From NCBI RefSeq assembly GCF_022647565.1, contig NZ_JALCLA010000001.1: a stretch of 64,000 nucleotides of DNA; one strand, 5' to 3'. The position numbers were made by a program, and so were the translations under genes. Position 1 is the stretch's first letter, and each line of letters begins with the position of its first letter. The notes beneath the pieces were generated by a model. The model ran no database searches. It had not been told where the DNA came from and worked only from the letters and a program-made list of their open reading frames with translations. This DNA is from Chiayiivirga sp. (GTDB lineage Bacteria; Pseudomonadota; Gammaproteobacteria; Xanthomonadales; Xanthomonadaceae). Shown in pieces: positions 1 to 8,658 of the stretch.

Positions 1-1
1 C

Positions 2-1219
2 ATCCCGTATTGCTTCAGTCCCTGCTTCTACTGCGGCTGCAACCGCATCATCACGCGCGACCTTCAGCGCGGCGAACGTTACCTCGAACGCCTGCTGCGC
101 GAGATCGAGATGATGGCGCCGCTGTTCGACCGCGATCGCGACGTGATCCAGCTGCATTTCGGCGGGGGCACGCCGAACTTCCTCAGCCCGGCCCAGCTCG
201 GCCGCATCATCGACAGCCTCGACCGGAACTTCCACTTCAGCCGAGATCCCTCGCGCGATTTCTCGATCGAGCTGGATCCGCGTTTCATCGGCGAAGGCGA
301 TATCGCGGCGCTGGCCCGGCTCGGGCTCAATCGCGCCAGCCTCGGGGTGCAGGACTTCGATCCGGTAGTGCAGCAGGCAGTGAACCGCGTGCAAAGCGTC
401 GAGCAGACGCTGGGCGTGATCGATGCCTGCCGCGCCGCCGGCATGCGCTCGATCAATGTCGACCTGATCTACGGCCTGCCCAGGCAAAACCTCTCGGGAT
501 TCGAGCGCACCCTCGACACGGTGCTGCGGGTGCGCCCGGAGCGACTGGCGATCTACGGCTACGCCCACTTGCCCAGTCTGTTCAAGCCACAACGCCAGAT
601 CGTGGAGGCGGACCTGCCCGAGGCCGAGACCAAACTCGCCTTGCTGCAACTGGCAATCGAGAAGCTTTCGGCTGCCGGCTACCGCTACATCGGCATGGAT
701 CATTTCGCGGTGCCCGACGACGACCTGGCGCGCGCCCAGGAGCGCGGCGAGCTGCATCGAAATTTCATGGGCTACACCACCCACGCCGAGTCCGACCTCG
801 TTGGTCTCGGCGTGAGTGCGATCAGCCACATCGGCGACAGCTTCAGCCAGAACCCGCGCGACCTCCCGTCCTGGGAGATGGCGATCGATGCGGGGCGCCT
901 GCCGGTGTGGCGCGGCCTGCAGCTCAGTGGCGACGACGTGCTGCGGGCCGACCTGATCCAGGCCCTGATGTGCCAGGGGGAGGTCCGCATCGGCGCCTTC
1001 GAGGACCGCCACGACATCGATTTCCACGAGTATTTCGCCGAGTCGCTGGCGCAGCTGGCGCCGTTGCAGGCCGACGGCCTGGTCGAAGTCGATGCCGGGC
1101 GCATCGCCGTCACCTCGCGCGGACGGCTGCTGCTGCGTATCATTGCAATGTGTTTCGACCGTTACCTCCAGCCCACCACCACCCCGACCACGCTGCCGCG
1201 TTTTTCGCGCGTCATCTGA
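2..1219 (+). CDS. hemN: Oxygen-independent coproporphyrinogen III oxidase HemN, 5'-truncated by the window edge
   Basis: Frame 2 from nt 2 reads IPYCFSPCFYCGCN (radical SAM CxxxCxxC). It continues in frame into the 110..1219 ORF, which carries the HemN C-terminal domain. Stop at 1217-1219. Confidence 0.9.
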   Translation: MPYCFSPCFYCGCNRIITRDLQRGERYLERLLREIEMMAPLFDRDRDVIQLHFGGGTPNFLSPAQLGRIIDSLDRNFHFSRDPSRDFSIELDPRFIGEGDIAALARLGLNRASLGVQDFDPVVQQAVNRVQSVEQTLGVIDACRAAGMRSINVDLIYGLPRQNLSGFERTLDTVLRVRPERLAIYGYAHLPSLFKPQRQIVEADLPEAETKLALLQLAIEKLSAAGYRYIGMDHFAVPDDDLARAQERGELHRNFMGYTTHAESDLVGLGVSAISHIGDSFSQNPRDLPSWEMAIDAGRLPVWRGLQLSGDDVLRADLIQALMCQGEVRIGAFEDRHDIDFHEYFAESLAQLAPLQADGLVEVDAGRIAVTSRGRLLLRIIAMCFDRYLQPTTTPTTLPRFSRVI

Positions 1220-1336
1220 GCCCGGCGCATTCGGGGACGCGAATCGCGTGCACCGTTCGCCACCGTGACGCACGGCGCAGGCTGGATGACGACGTGGCAC
1301 CGGGCCGACGGTTTCCTGCCTTGCCCCGGTTCGCGC

Positions 1337-2092
1337 ATGTCTGAATCCGCACGTCGCCCGCGACGCATCTCGCCCATTGCCGATGATGGCGACGAGTACC
1401 AGTTCTGCAGCACCTGTGCGTTCTCGTCGGCTTGCCTCGACAGCGGGTACGACAAGGCCCAGCTGCGCGACCTGCACGTGCTGGTGGAGCATGTCGGGCC
1501 GTTCAGCGAGGGCGAGCACCTGTTCCGCGAGGGCGAACCCTTCACCGCGATCGCCGCGGTGCGGGCCGGCAGCGTCAAGACCTACGTGATCGACTCCGGC
1601 GGGCGCGAGCAGGTGCTGGGCTTCTTCCTGCCGGGCGAGGTGATCGGCCTGAACGCGATCTCTCAGTCGCGCTATCCATGCAATGCGGTGGCGCTGGATA
1701 CGGTCGTGCTGTGTCGGTTCTCCTTCCCGATGATGGCCACGCTCGCCACCCGCATGCCGGGCTTGCAGCAACAGTTGTTCCGGCTGCTCAGCCAGGACAT
1801 CGGCAAGGCCGCGCTGCTGGCGGGCGACTATTCGGCCGACGAACGCGTGGCCGCGTTCCTGTGTGCACTGTCGCGCCGCTATGCCGCACGCGGATTCTCC
1901 GCCACGCGGTTCCACCTGACCATGGCGCGCACCGACATCGCCAACTACCTGCGGCTCGCGGCCGAAACCGTGAGCCGCGTGCTGCGCCGCTTCCAGGACG
2001 AAGGCCTGCTCAAGATCGAGCGGCGCGAAGTGGAGGTGCTGGATCGTGTCCGGCTCGAAGGACTTGCCCGGGCGGTACTGCGGGAAGGCTGA
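1337..2092 (+). CDS. fnr: Crp/Fnr-family transcriptional regulator, FNR type with N-terminal Cys cluster
   Basis: 251 aa from the internal ATG at 1337. N-terminal C-x2-C-x5-C (CSTCAFSSAC) plus a mid-protein Cys, a cNMP-binding-like core and a C-terminal HTH (ETVSRVLRRF). The position next to hemN is typical for fnr/anr. Confidence 0.85.
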   Translation: MSESARRPRRISPIADDGDEYQFCSTCAFSSACLDSGYDKAQLRDLHVLVEHVGPFSEGEHLFREGEPFTAIAAVRAGSVKTYVIDSGGREQVLGFFLPGEVIGLNAISQSRYPCNAVALDTVVLCRFSFPMMATLATRMPGLQQQLFRLLSQDIGKAALLAGDYSADERVAAFLCALSRRYAARGFSATRFHLTMARTDIANYLRLAAETVSRVLRRFQDEGLLKIERREVEVLDRVRLEGLARAVLREG

Positions 2093-2104
2093 GCGCGTCG
2101 GCAC

Positions 2105-2118
2105 TTGACTCAGGTCAA
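2105..2118. promoter_or_regulatory. FNR/NNR-type palindrome TTGACtcagGTCAA upstream of the cytochrome b561 gene
   Basis: Perfect 5-4-5 palindrome of the FNR half-site class, ~95 nt upstream of the 2200 ATG and ~113 nt upstream of the 2218 ATG. Confidence 0.5.
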
Positions 2119-2217
2119 GGCGGCCGACCGCGCTAGCGGACACGGTGCGGGCATCTTGGCGACGTCGCCTTCCTGCCGCGCCGTCGCCGCTCCTTCCAGA
2201 TGCCCGGAGCGCGAGTG

Positions 2218-2754
2218 ATGGCTGTTGTAGTCGATCGCTACCCCCGCGCCTTGGTGGCGCTGCACTGGCTGACCCTGCTGCTGCTCGCCGCAGCGTATGC
2301 GTGCATCGAGTTGCGCGGGTTCTTCCCACGCGGCAGCTCGGTGCGTGAGGGGTTGAAGGACTGGCACTACCTGCTGGGAATGACGGTGTTCGCCCTGGTT
2401 TGGGTGCGAGCTGCGCTGCGCCTGCGTGGGCCGCTGCCGCCCCCGATGCTGCTGGGCTGGCAGCAGTGGATGGCCGGAGTCATGCATCTGCTGCTCTACC
2501 TCTTCATGATCGCGATGCCGCTGCTGGGATGGGCTCTACTCAGTGCCGAAGGCAAGCCGCCGCACTGGGGCCCGGTGGCCTTGCCTGCGCTGGTCGAATC
2601 CGACGCGAACCTCGCCGAACGCGTGGAGTCATGGCACGAAACGATCGGCGTCGTGGGCTATTGGCTGATCGGACTGCATGCCGCGGCGGCGCTGCTGCAT
2701 CACTACGTGCTGCGCGACGGGACGCTGCGCCGGATGCGGCCCGGCCGCGGCTAG
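2218..2754 (+). CDS. Cytochrome b561 family protein (CybB-like di-haem membrane cytochrome)
   Basis: 178 aa, 4 predicted TM segments with conserved His (LHWLTLLL..., HLLLY, WHETIG). GGAG lies 8 nt before the ATG at 2218; an alternative start at 2200 is possible. Confidence 0.75.
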   Translation: MAVVVDRYPRALVALHWLTLLLLAAAYACIELRGFFPRGSSVREGLKDWHYLLGMTVFALVWVRAALRLRGPLPPPMLLGWQQWMAGVMHLLLYLFMIAMPLLGWALLSAEGKPPHWGPVALPALVESDANLAERVESWHETIGVVGYWLIGLHAAAALLHHYVLRDGTLRRMRPGRG

Positions 2755-2780
2755 GCCGCACGACGCAGGCCGGATGAGGC

Positions 2781-2794
2781 TTGATCCAGATCAT
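2781..2794. promoter_or_regulatory. FNR box TTGATccagATCAT upstream of qNOR
   Basis: 9/10 match to TTGAT-N4-ATCAA, starting 64 nt upstream of the norB start codon. Confidence 0.55.
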
Positions 2795-2844
2795 GGTGGC
2801 CCTCGCAGAGCGCCTCTAGGCTGTGCCACGACCTTCGTTGTGGA

Positions 2845-5130
2845 GTGAACATCGTGGACACGACGCGCAAACTATGGATCGGACTGGCGGCGCTGCTCAT
2901 CGCCGGGTTCGGTGTGCTGCTCTGGATGGGCGGGGAGATCCACCGCCAGGCGCCGCCGCTGCCGGAGCAGGTGGTAAGCGAGGACGGATCGGTGCTGTAC
3001 ACCCGGGCCGATCTGGAACTCGGGCGGCAGGTGTGGCAGAGCGTCGGCGGCCAGCAGCTCGGATCGGTCTGGGGCCACGGCGCGCTGGTGGCGCCGGACT
3101 GGTCGGCCGACTGGCTGCATCGCGAGGCCGTGGCCCTGCTCGAACTGCACGCCCGGGCCGACTACGGCCTGGCCTTCGATGCCCTGGATGCGGCTTCGCA
3201 GGCGGCGGTGAAGGCCAAGATCCAGCCCGAGCTGCGGCGCAACACGCATGATCCCGAGCGCAATACCATCACCGTGTCGACGCTGCGCGCCCAGGCCATG
3301 GATGCCGTCGCCTCGCATTACATCAGCGTGTTCGGCAATGATCCGTCCACGGCGGCGCTGCGCGAGTCCTACGCGATGCGCGACGACACCGTGCCTTCGC
3401 TCGAGCATCGACGCGCGCTGACGGGCTTCTTCTGGTGGACCAGCTGGGCGGCCTCGACGGAGCGCCCGGGCAGCGACATCAGCTACACCCAGAACTGGCC
3501 GTTCGAGCCGCTGGTGGCCAACACGCCCACCGCCAGCAGCTTCATGTGGACCATGTTCAGCGTGCTGTTCATGATCGCCGGCATCGCGCTGCTGGGCTGG
3601 CACTACGCCGCGTGGCACGGCAAGGAAGCCCCGGTGACGCCGCCGGCGCGCGATCCGTTGCGCGGCCTGGTGCCGACGCCCTCGATGCGCGCCACCGGCA
3701 AGTACTTCTGGGTGGTTCTGGCCTTGTTCCTGGTGCAGATCCTGCTGGGCGCGACCACCGCGCATTACCAGGTGGAAGGCCAGGAACTGTATGGGTTCAA
3801 GCTCGCCGACGTGCTGCCCTACGCGGTGACCCGCAGCTGGCACACGCAACTGGCGGTGCTGTGGATCGCCACGGCCTGGCTTGCCACCGGGCTCTACATC
3901 GGGCCGGCGATCTCGGGCCATGAACCGAAGTTCCAGCGATTGGGCGTGAACGTGCTGTTCGTCTGCCTGCTGATCATCGTGGTCGGCGCCTTCGCCGGCC
4001 AATGGTTCGCGGTGATGCAGCAGCTGGGCCTGGAAAAGAACTTCTGGTTCGGACACCAGGGCTGGGAATACACCGACATCGGCCGCTTCTGGCAGATCTT
4101 CCTGTTCGTGGGCCTGATCCTGTGGCTGACCCTCGTGGGTCGCGCCCTGTGGCCCGCGATGACGCGGCGCGACGAGATGAGTTCGATCGTCGGCCTGCTC
4201 TTCCTGTCGACGATCGCGATCGGCATGTTCTACGGCGCGGGCCTGATGTGGGGCGAGCACACCCATATCGCCATGGTCGAGTACTGGCGCTGGTGGGTGG
4301 TGCACCTGTGGGTGGAAGGCTTCTTCGAGGTCTTCGCGGTGGCGGTGATCAGCTTCCTGTTCGTGAAGCTCGGCCTGATCCGCGGCAAGACCGCCACCGT
4401 CAACGTGCTGTTCGCCACCATCGTGTTCATGGCGGGCGGCATCCTCGGCACCTTCCATCATCTGTACTTCACTGGCACCACCACGGCAGTACTGGCGCTG
4501 GGGGCGAGCTTCTCCGCGCTGGAAGTGGTGCCGCTGGCGCTGATCGGGCTTGAGGCGCACGAGACCTGGTCGCACAGCCGGGCCACGCCGTGGATGGCGC
4601 GCTACCGCTGGCCGATCCTGTTCTTCCTGGCGGTGAGTTTCTGGAACCTGGTGGGTGCCGGCCTGTTCGGCTTCCTGATCAACACGCCGCTGGCGCTGTA
4701 CTACATGCAAGGCCTGAACCTGACCCCGCTGCATGGCCACACCGCGCTGTTCGGCGTGTACGGCATGCTTGGCATCGGCCTGATGCTGTTCTGCCTGCGC
4801 GGCCTCAAGCCGGACGTGCAATGGAACGAAGGCTGGCTGCGCGGCGCATTCTGGAGCTTCAACATCGGCCTGGCGCTGATGGCGTTGCTGACCTTGCTGC
4901 CGATGGGCGTGCTGCAGCTCAATGCGGCGCTCGAGCACGGCTACTGGTATGCACGCTCGGCCGAGTTCATGGGCAAGCCGCTGATCGAGATGCTGGTGTG
5001 GATGCGGGTACCGGGCGACACGATCTTCTCGGTCGGCGCGCTGCTGCTGGCCTGGTTCACCTTCCGGCTGTGGGTGGCGCCGCAGCGCGAGCGGACCGTA
5101 ATCGGCGAAGCGGAGGAAAGCAGGGCCTGA
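2845..5130 (+). CDS. norB: Quinol-dependent nitric oxide reductase (qNOR, single-subunit NorB/NorZ)
   Basis: 761 aa. A long N-terminal periplasmic extension is followed by a 12-TM haem-copper oxidase fold with the conserved His ligands (HH, HHLYF). Its size is diagnostic for qNOR versus the ~450 aa cNOR NorB. GTG start at 2845; an alternative GTG at 2854 has better RBS spacing. Confidence 0.9.
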   Translation: MNIVDTTRKLWIGLAALLIAGFGVLLWMGGEIHRQAPPLPEQVVSEDGSVLYTRADLELGRQVWQSVGGQQLGSVWGHGALVAPDWSADWLHREAVALLELHARADYGLAFDALDAASQAAVKAKIQPELRRNTHDPERNTITVSTLRAQAMDAVASHYISVFGNDPSTAALRESYAMRDDTVPSLEHRRALTGFFWWTSWAASTERPGSDISYTQNWPFEPLVANTPTASSFMWTMFSVLFMIAGIALLGWHYAAWHGKEAPVTPPARDPLRGLVPTPSMRATGKYFWVVLALFLVQILLGATTAHYQVEGQELYGFKLADVLPYAVTRSWHTQLAVLWIATAWLATGLYIGPAISGHEPKFQRLGVNVLFVCLLIIVVGAFAGQWFAVMQQLGLEKNFWFGHQGWEYTDIGRFWQIFLFVGLILWLTLVGRALWPAMTRRDEMSSIVGLLFLSTIAIGMFYGAGLMWGEHTHIAMVEYWRWWVVHLWVEGFFEVFAVAVISFLFVKLGLIRGKTATVNVLFATIVFMAGGILGTFHHLYFTGTTTAVLALGASFSALEVVPLALIGLEAHETWSHSRATPWMARYRWPILFFLAVSFWNLVGAGLFGFLINTPLALYYMQGLNLTPLHGHTALFGVYGMLGIGLMLFCLRGLKPDVQWNEGWLRGAFWSFNIGLALMALLTLLPMGVLQLNAALEHGYWYARSAEFMGKPLIEMLVWMRVPGDTIFSVGALLLAWFTFRLWVAPQRERTVIGEAEESRA

Positions 5131-5191
5131 TCCGCAACGCAGGATCGACACGACGGCCGCGGTGACCCCGCGGCCGTCGTCGTTTGCAGGG

Positions 5192-5205
5192 ATGATCCAG
5201 ATCAA
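5192..5205. promoter_or_regulatory. FNR box aTGATccagATCAA upstream of nnrS
   Basis: 9/10 palindrome with the same ccag spacer as the norB box. It ends 35 nt before the ATG at 5240. Confidence 0.5.
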
Positions 5206-5239
5206 TGCACGTCGTGCGCCAGGCAGCGACACTGCGCCC

Positions 5240-6478
5240 ATGGACAACGAGGATCGTTCCCTTCTGCAGCAGTTCGGCACCTTGCCGCGCGTGATCGCTG
5301 CCGCGCCGCACCGCTTGCTGTTCTTTGTCGGGGCCGGCAACGTGCTGCTCGCCATGTGCTGGTGGATGCTGTGGCTGGTGGATGCGCGCTGGCGCTTGAT
5401 CGGATTGCCGGAGAGCCCCTTGTTCGGCGGTTGGGCGCACGCCTTCGTGATGCAGTACCAGGTGCTTCCACCTTTCATCTTCGGCTTTCTGCTCACGGTG
5501 TTCCCGCGCTGGATGGGCCTGCGCGATCTGTCGCGCTGGCATTACCTGCCCGTGGGACTGGGCCTGTTGAGTGGTCAGGTCCTGTTCCTGGTCGGGTTGC
5601 TCGGATTCCCGCACCTCGTGCACCTGGGCGTGATCAACACCCTGGCGGGCTGGGTCGCAGGTTTGGTCATCCTGCTGCACCTTGCGTGGCAGGACGGCGG
5701 CAAGACCTGGCACGCCGTGTCGTGCTCGGTCGCGCTGTGCCTGGGTTTGATCGGTCTGGTCCTGTTCGCCTGGTTCCTGCACGGCAACGATGCGCGGCTA
5801 GCCTTCGCTTCGGTCAAGTTCGGCAGCTTCGGCCTGCTGCTGCCGATCTACGTGACCGTGGCGCATCGCATGTTCCCGTTCTTTGCCGGCAACGTGGTGG
5901 CCGGATACCGCCCGTGGCGTTCGTTGCGCTGGCTTGCCCTGTTCTGGACGGCGCTGCTGGCGCATCTCGGGCTGGAACTGGCGCATGCCTATGCGGCCTT
6001 GTGGGTCGCCGACCTTCCCTTGCTCGCGCTGGTTGGCTACTGGCTGTGGCGCGGCTGGCCGCGCGCTCCGGCTCCGCCCTTGCTGCGCGTGCTGTTCGCC
6101 GGCTACGCCTGGTTGCCGGTGGCGTTCGCGTTGTATGTGGTGCAGAGCCTGTGGTTCTGGCTGGATGGCGATTTCGTCCTCGGCCGCGCGCCGGCGCATG
6201 CCTTGTTCGTCGGTTTCTTCGGCAGCCTGCTGGTGGCGATGGTGACGCGCGTGACCCAGGGCCATTCGGGTCGCCCGCTGCAGCTCGGCCGGGTCGCGGG
6301 GTTCGCCTTCATCGCGATCCAGTGCGTGGCCGTGTTGCGCATCGTGGCCGAGTTGGTGCCGGACGCGCCGGCCTGGCAGGCATTCACGGCCATCGGCTGG
6401 TTGCTCGCCTTCCTGCCCTGGGTGTTGCGTTCGGGGTACATCTACCTGACGCCGCGCGCCGACCACAAGCCGGGGTGA
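5240..6478 (+). CDS. nnrS: NnrS family haem-copper membrane protein (NO-response)
   Basis: ~412 aa polytopic membrane protein with the NnrS-like N-terminus (PHRLLFFVGAG) and conserved His. It lies adjacent to norB. The ORF track extends to a GTG at 5162, but GC3 is low there and the FNR box sits inside that extension. Confidence 0.8.
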   Translation: MDNEDRSLLQQFGTLPRVIAAAPHRLLFFVGAGNVLLAMCWWMLWLVDARWRLIGLPESPLFGGWAHAFVMQYQVLPPFIFGFLLTVFPRWMGLRDLSRWHYLPVGLGLLSGQVLFLVGLLGFPHLVHLGVINTLAGWVAGLVILLHLAWQDGGKTWHAVSCSVALCLGLIGLVLFAWFLHGNDARLAFASVKFGSFGLLLPIYVTVAHRMFPFFAGNVVAGYRPWRSLRWLALFWTALLAHLGLELAHAYAALWVADLPLLALVGYWLWRGWPRAPAPPLLRVLFAGYAWLPVAFALYVVQSLWFWLDGDFVLGRAPAHALFVGFFGSLLVAMVTRVTQGHSGRPLQLGRVAGFAFIAIQCVAVLRIVAELVPDAPAWQAFTAIGWLLAFLPWVLRSGYIYLTPRADHKPG

Positions 6479-6482
6479 CTCC

Positions 6483-6887
6483 GTGATCGAGTTCTATCCG
6501 CAGATCAAGGCGGTGCACGTGGGCTGCGTCATGCTCAGCATCGCGCTGTTCTCGTTGCGTGGAGTGCTGTCGCTTGCCGGGCAGCAAGGCCTTGCCTTGC
6601 ACTGGGCGCCGCGCTGGTTGAGCTGGAGCATCGACACGGTGCTGCTCAGTGCCGCGCTGATGCTGTTCACCATCCTTCCGGGCGCGGTGTTCGGCAATCA
6701 CTGGCTCAGCGTCAAGCTGGCACTGCTGGTGGCCTACGTGGTGCTGGGCAGCCTCGCGCTGCGGCGCGGTCGCAGCCGTGCATCGCGCTTTGGTTTCCTG
6801 CTTGCGGCCTGGGCCACCTTTGCCTGCATGTACGGCATCGCGCGGGCGCATCATCCGCTCGGGTGGCTGGCGGGAATGTTCGGATGA
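6483..6887 (+). CDS. SirB2-like small inner-membrane protein
   Basis: 134 aa, 4 TM; N-terminus MIEFYPxIKAVHV resembles the SirB2/YchQ family. GTG start 5 nt after the nnrS stop. Confidence 0.5.
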   Translation: MIEFYPQIKAVHVGCVMLSIALFSLRGVLSLAGQQGLALHWAPRWLSWSIDTVLLSAALMLFTILPGAVFGNHWLSVKLALLVAYVVLGSLALRRGRSRASRFGFLLAAWATFACMYGIARAHHPLGWLAGMFG

Positions 6888-7972
6888 CGGCGCGCCCGGC
6901 GACGGATCGGGTCTGGCTGCGCCAGGCACTGGCGACGCTGCAGCAAGAGGCTGCGCGCTCGGCCGATACGCATCTTCTGCGCGTCGACTTGCCGGCGTTC
7001 CCGGGCATCACGTTTTATTTCAAGGACGAGGCGGTGCACCCCACCGGCAGTCTCAAGCATCGCCTGGCGCGATCCTTGTTCCTGTACGCACTGTGCAGTG
7101 GCCGGCTCAAGGCGGCGCAATCGGTGGTGGACGCGTCCTCGGGCAGCACCGCAATCTCCGAAGCCTGGTTCGCGCGCCTGCTCGGCTTGTCCTTTGTCGC
7201 GGTGATGCCGGCCTGCACCGCACCCGCCAAGATCGCCGCGGTGCGCGCTCTGGGCGGGCAGTGCGATCTGGTCGAGGATCCGGCCGAGGTCTACGCGCGC
7301 GCGGCCTGGCATGCGGATCGCGGTGCCTGCCACCTCGACCAGTTCGGTCTTGCCGAGCGTGCCACCGACTGGCGTGGCAACAACAACATCGCCGAATCCA
7401 TCCTGCAGCAGATGTCACGCGAACCCGAACCGCAACCTGCCTGGATCGTGTGCGGTGCAGGCACCGGGGGCACGTCCGCGACGATCGGCCGCTATCTGCG
7501 CTACCGCGGACTGGAAACGCGCCTGTGCGTGGCGGAACCGCGCGGCGCCGCTTTCGCGCAAGGCTGGCGACGATCGGGCGAGTGTGCCGCGGAGTGTCCC
7601 GGCACCCTGATCGAAGGCATCGGGCGGTCGCGGATCGAGCCCGGTTTCATGTTCGACGTGGTGGATGACGTGATCGAAGTGGACGACGCCGATTCAGTCG
7701 CCGCGATGTGGCTGCTGGAACCCTTGCTCGGTCGCCGCTACGGCGGGTCTTCCGGCACGAATTTCGTGGCCTGCCTCAGCCTGGCCACGCAGATGCGCGA
7801 TCGCGGCGACCGCGGCAGCATCGTCAGCCTGCTCTGCGATCGCGGCGAACGTTATTCCCAGACGCTGTACCGGCGGGCCTGGTTGGCCGAACGGGGTCTG
7901 GATCTGGATGCCGCCCTGCAAGGGGTGGCGGCACGCGCCGGGATCGATGCGTCGACGCTCGATCCGGCGTGA
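6884..7972 (+). CDS. PLP-dependent cysteine synthase family protein (fold-type II; CysK/CBS/SbnA-like)
   Basis: Lys motif HPTGSLKHR, Gly-rich loop GTGGT. ATGA overlap with the upstream gene at 6884-6887. The ORF track starts at a GTG at 6863. Confidence 0.75.
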   Translation: MTARPATDRVWLRQALATLQQEAARSADTHLLRVDLPAFPGITFYFKDEAVHPTGSLKHRLARSLFLYALCSGRLKAAQSVVDASSGSTAISEAWFARLLGLSFVAVMPACTAPAKIAAVRALGGQCDLVEDPAEVYARAAWHADRGACHLDQFGLAERATDWRGNNNIAESILQQMSREPEPQPAWIVCGAGTGGTSATIGRYLRYRGLETRLCVAEPRGAAFAQGWRRSGECAAECPGTLIEGIGRSRIEPGFMFDVVDDVIEVDDADSVAAMWLLEPLLGRRYGGSSGTNFVACLSLATQMRDRGDRGSIVSLLCDRGERYSQTLYRRAWLAERGLDLDAALQGVAARAGIDASTLDPA

Positions 7973-7987
7973 GTGCCTCGTGCCGAT

Positions 7988-8245
7988 TCAGTCGAGCAGG
8001 CTGCGGGCACGTGCCTGCAGCGCACTCCAGGACGCTTCCAGTTCGCCCGGGCGCGGCGTGACCCGCGCGATCAGGCCAAGCGCCGCTTCCAACGCATGCA
8101 CGCGCACCTGCAGCGCGTCGTAGTCGCTGGCCAGGACCAGTTCGCAGCGTCGGTCCTGGCACACGCCCACGCAGGGCGCGGGCGCGTCCACCTTGCCGCA
8201 ACCGATGCAACGCCAGCCCGCAATGCGTTCCACGCCTGCAGGCAT
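7988..8245 (-). CDS. Small Cys-rich protein (85 aa), family unknown
   Basis: Motif WRCIGCGKVDAPAPCVGVCQDRRCE. GC3 is about 80% (coding-like). The ATG at 8245 lies 4 nt before the DUF2249 stop, so the two genes look co-transcribed. Confidence 0.5.
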   Translation of the reverse strand: MPAGVERIAGWRCIGCGKVDAPAPCVGVCQDRRCELVLASDYDALQVRVHALEAALGLIARVTPRPGELEASWSALQARARSLLD

Positions 8246-8249
8246 CTTC

Positions 8250-8546
8250 TCAGCCGCAACTGCCGCAGCAGCCACAACCGCTGTCTTCAGCCTCGCCCTC
8301 GCCGAGGCGGGTGAAGTCGATCACGATCTCGCCCGGGTGGCGCTGGCGATAGGAGATGTTCACGCTGTCGCCATAGCGTTCCTGCAACTGGCGCAGCAGC
8401 GGCAGCGGATCGTGGTCGTTGACGAAGCGCATCGCCTCGCCGGGTTGCAACGCATCGAGCGCCCCGAAGATCGCGGCGTGGCGAAAGCGCTTGCCGATGC
8501 CGCGCGCATCGAAGGGATGGACTTGCTGAACGAGCGTGTCGAACAT
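8250..8546 (-). CDS. DUF2249 domain protein (hemerythrin-associated family typical of NO-reductase clusters)
   Basis: 98 aa from the internal ATG (MFDTLVQQ...). Conserved HPFDARGIGKRFRHAAIFGALDALQPGEAMRFVNDHDPLPLLRQL, ending in CGCCGSCG. The upstream part of the 8250..8798 ORF looks non-coding. Confidence 0.65.
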   Translation of the reverse strand: MFDTLVQQVHPFDARGIGKRFRHAAIFGALDALQPGEAMRFVNDHDPLPLLRQLQERYGDSVNISYRQRHPGEIVIDFTRLGEGEAEDSGCGCCGSCG

Positions 8547-8603
8547 GGGGATCACCGCTTGTGAGAGGTGGTACCAGCGTGCCGCAGCAGCGCATGCCGG
8601 GCC

Positions 8604-8617
8604 TTGATCTGGGTCAT
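8604..8617. promoter_or_regulatory. FNR-like box TTGATctggGTCAT (reverse complement ATGACccagATCAA) upstream of the DUF2249 operon
   Basis: 8/10 match. In minus orientation it closely resembles the nnrS box. It starts 58 nt upstream of the DUF2249 start. Confidence 0.45.
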
Positions 8618-8658
8618 GCCAGTTGCCCTGCGCCGGGCCGGGCGCAGGGCAAGCGCCA

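Noticed and set aside
2872-5496. 874 aa ORF on the minus strand antisense to norB
   Set aside because: It lies entirely inside the well-supported qNOR gene. Arg/Gly/Pro/His-rich composition is typical of out-of-frame translation in about 70% GC DNA, and no motifs were found.
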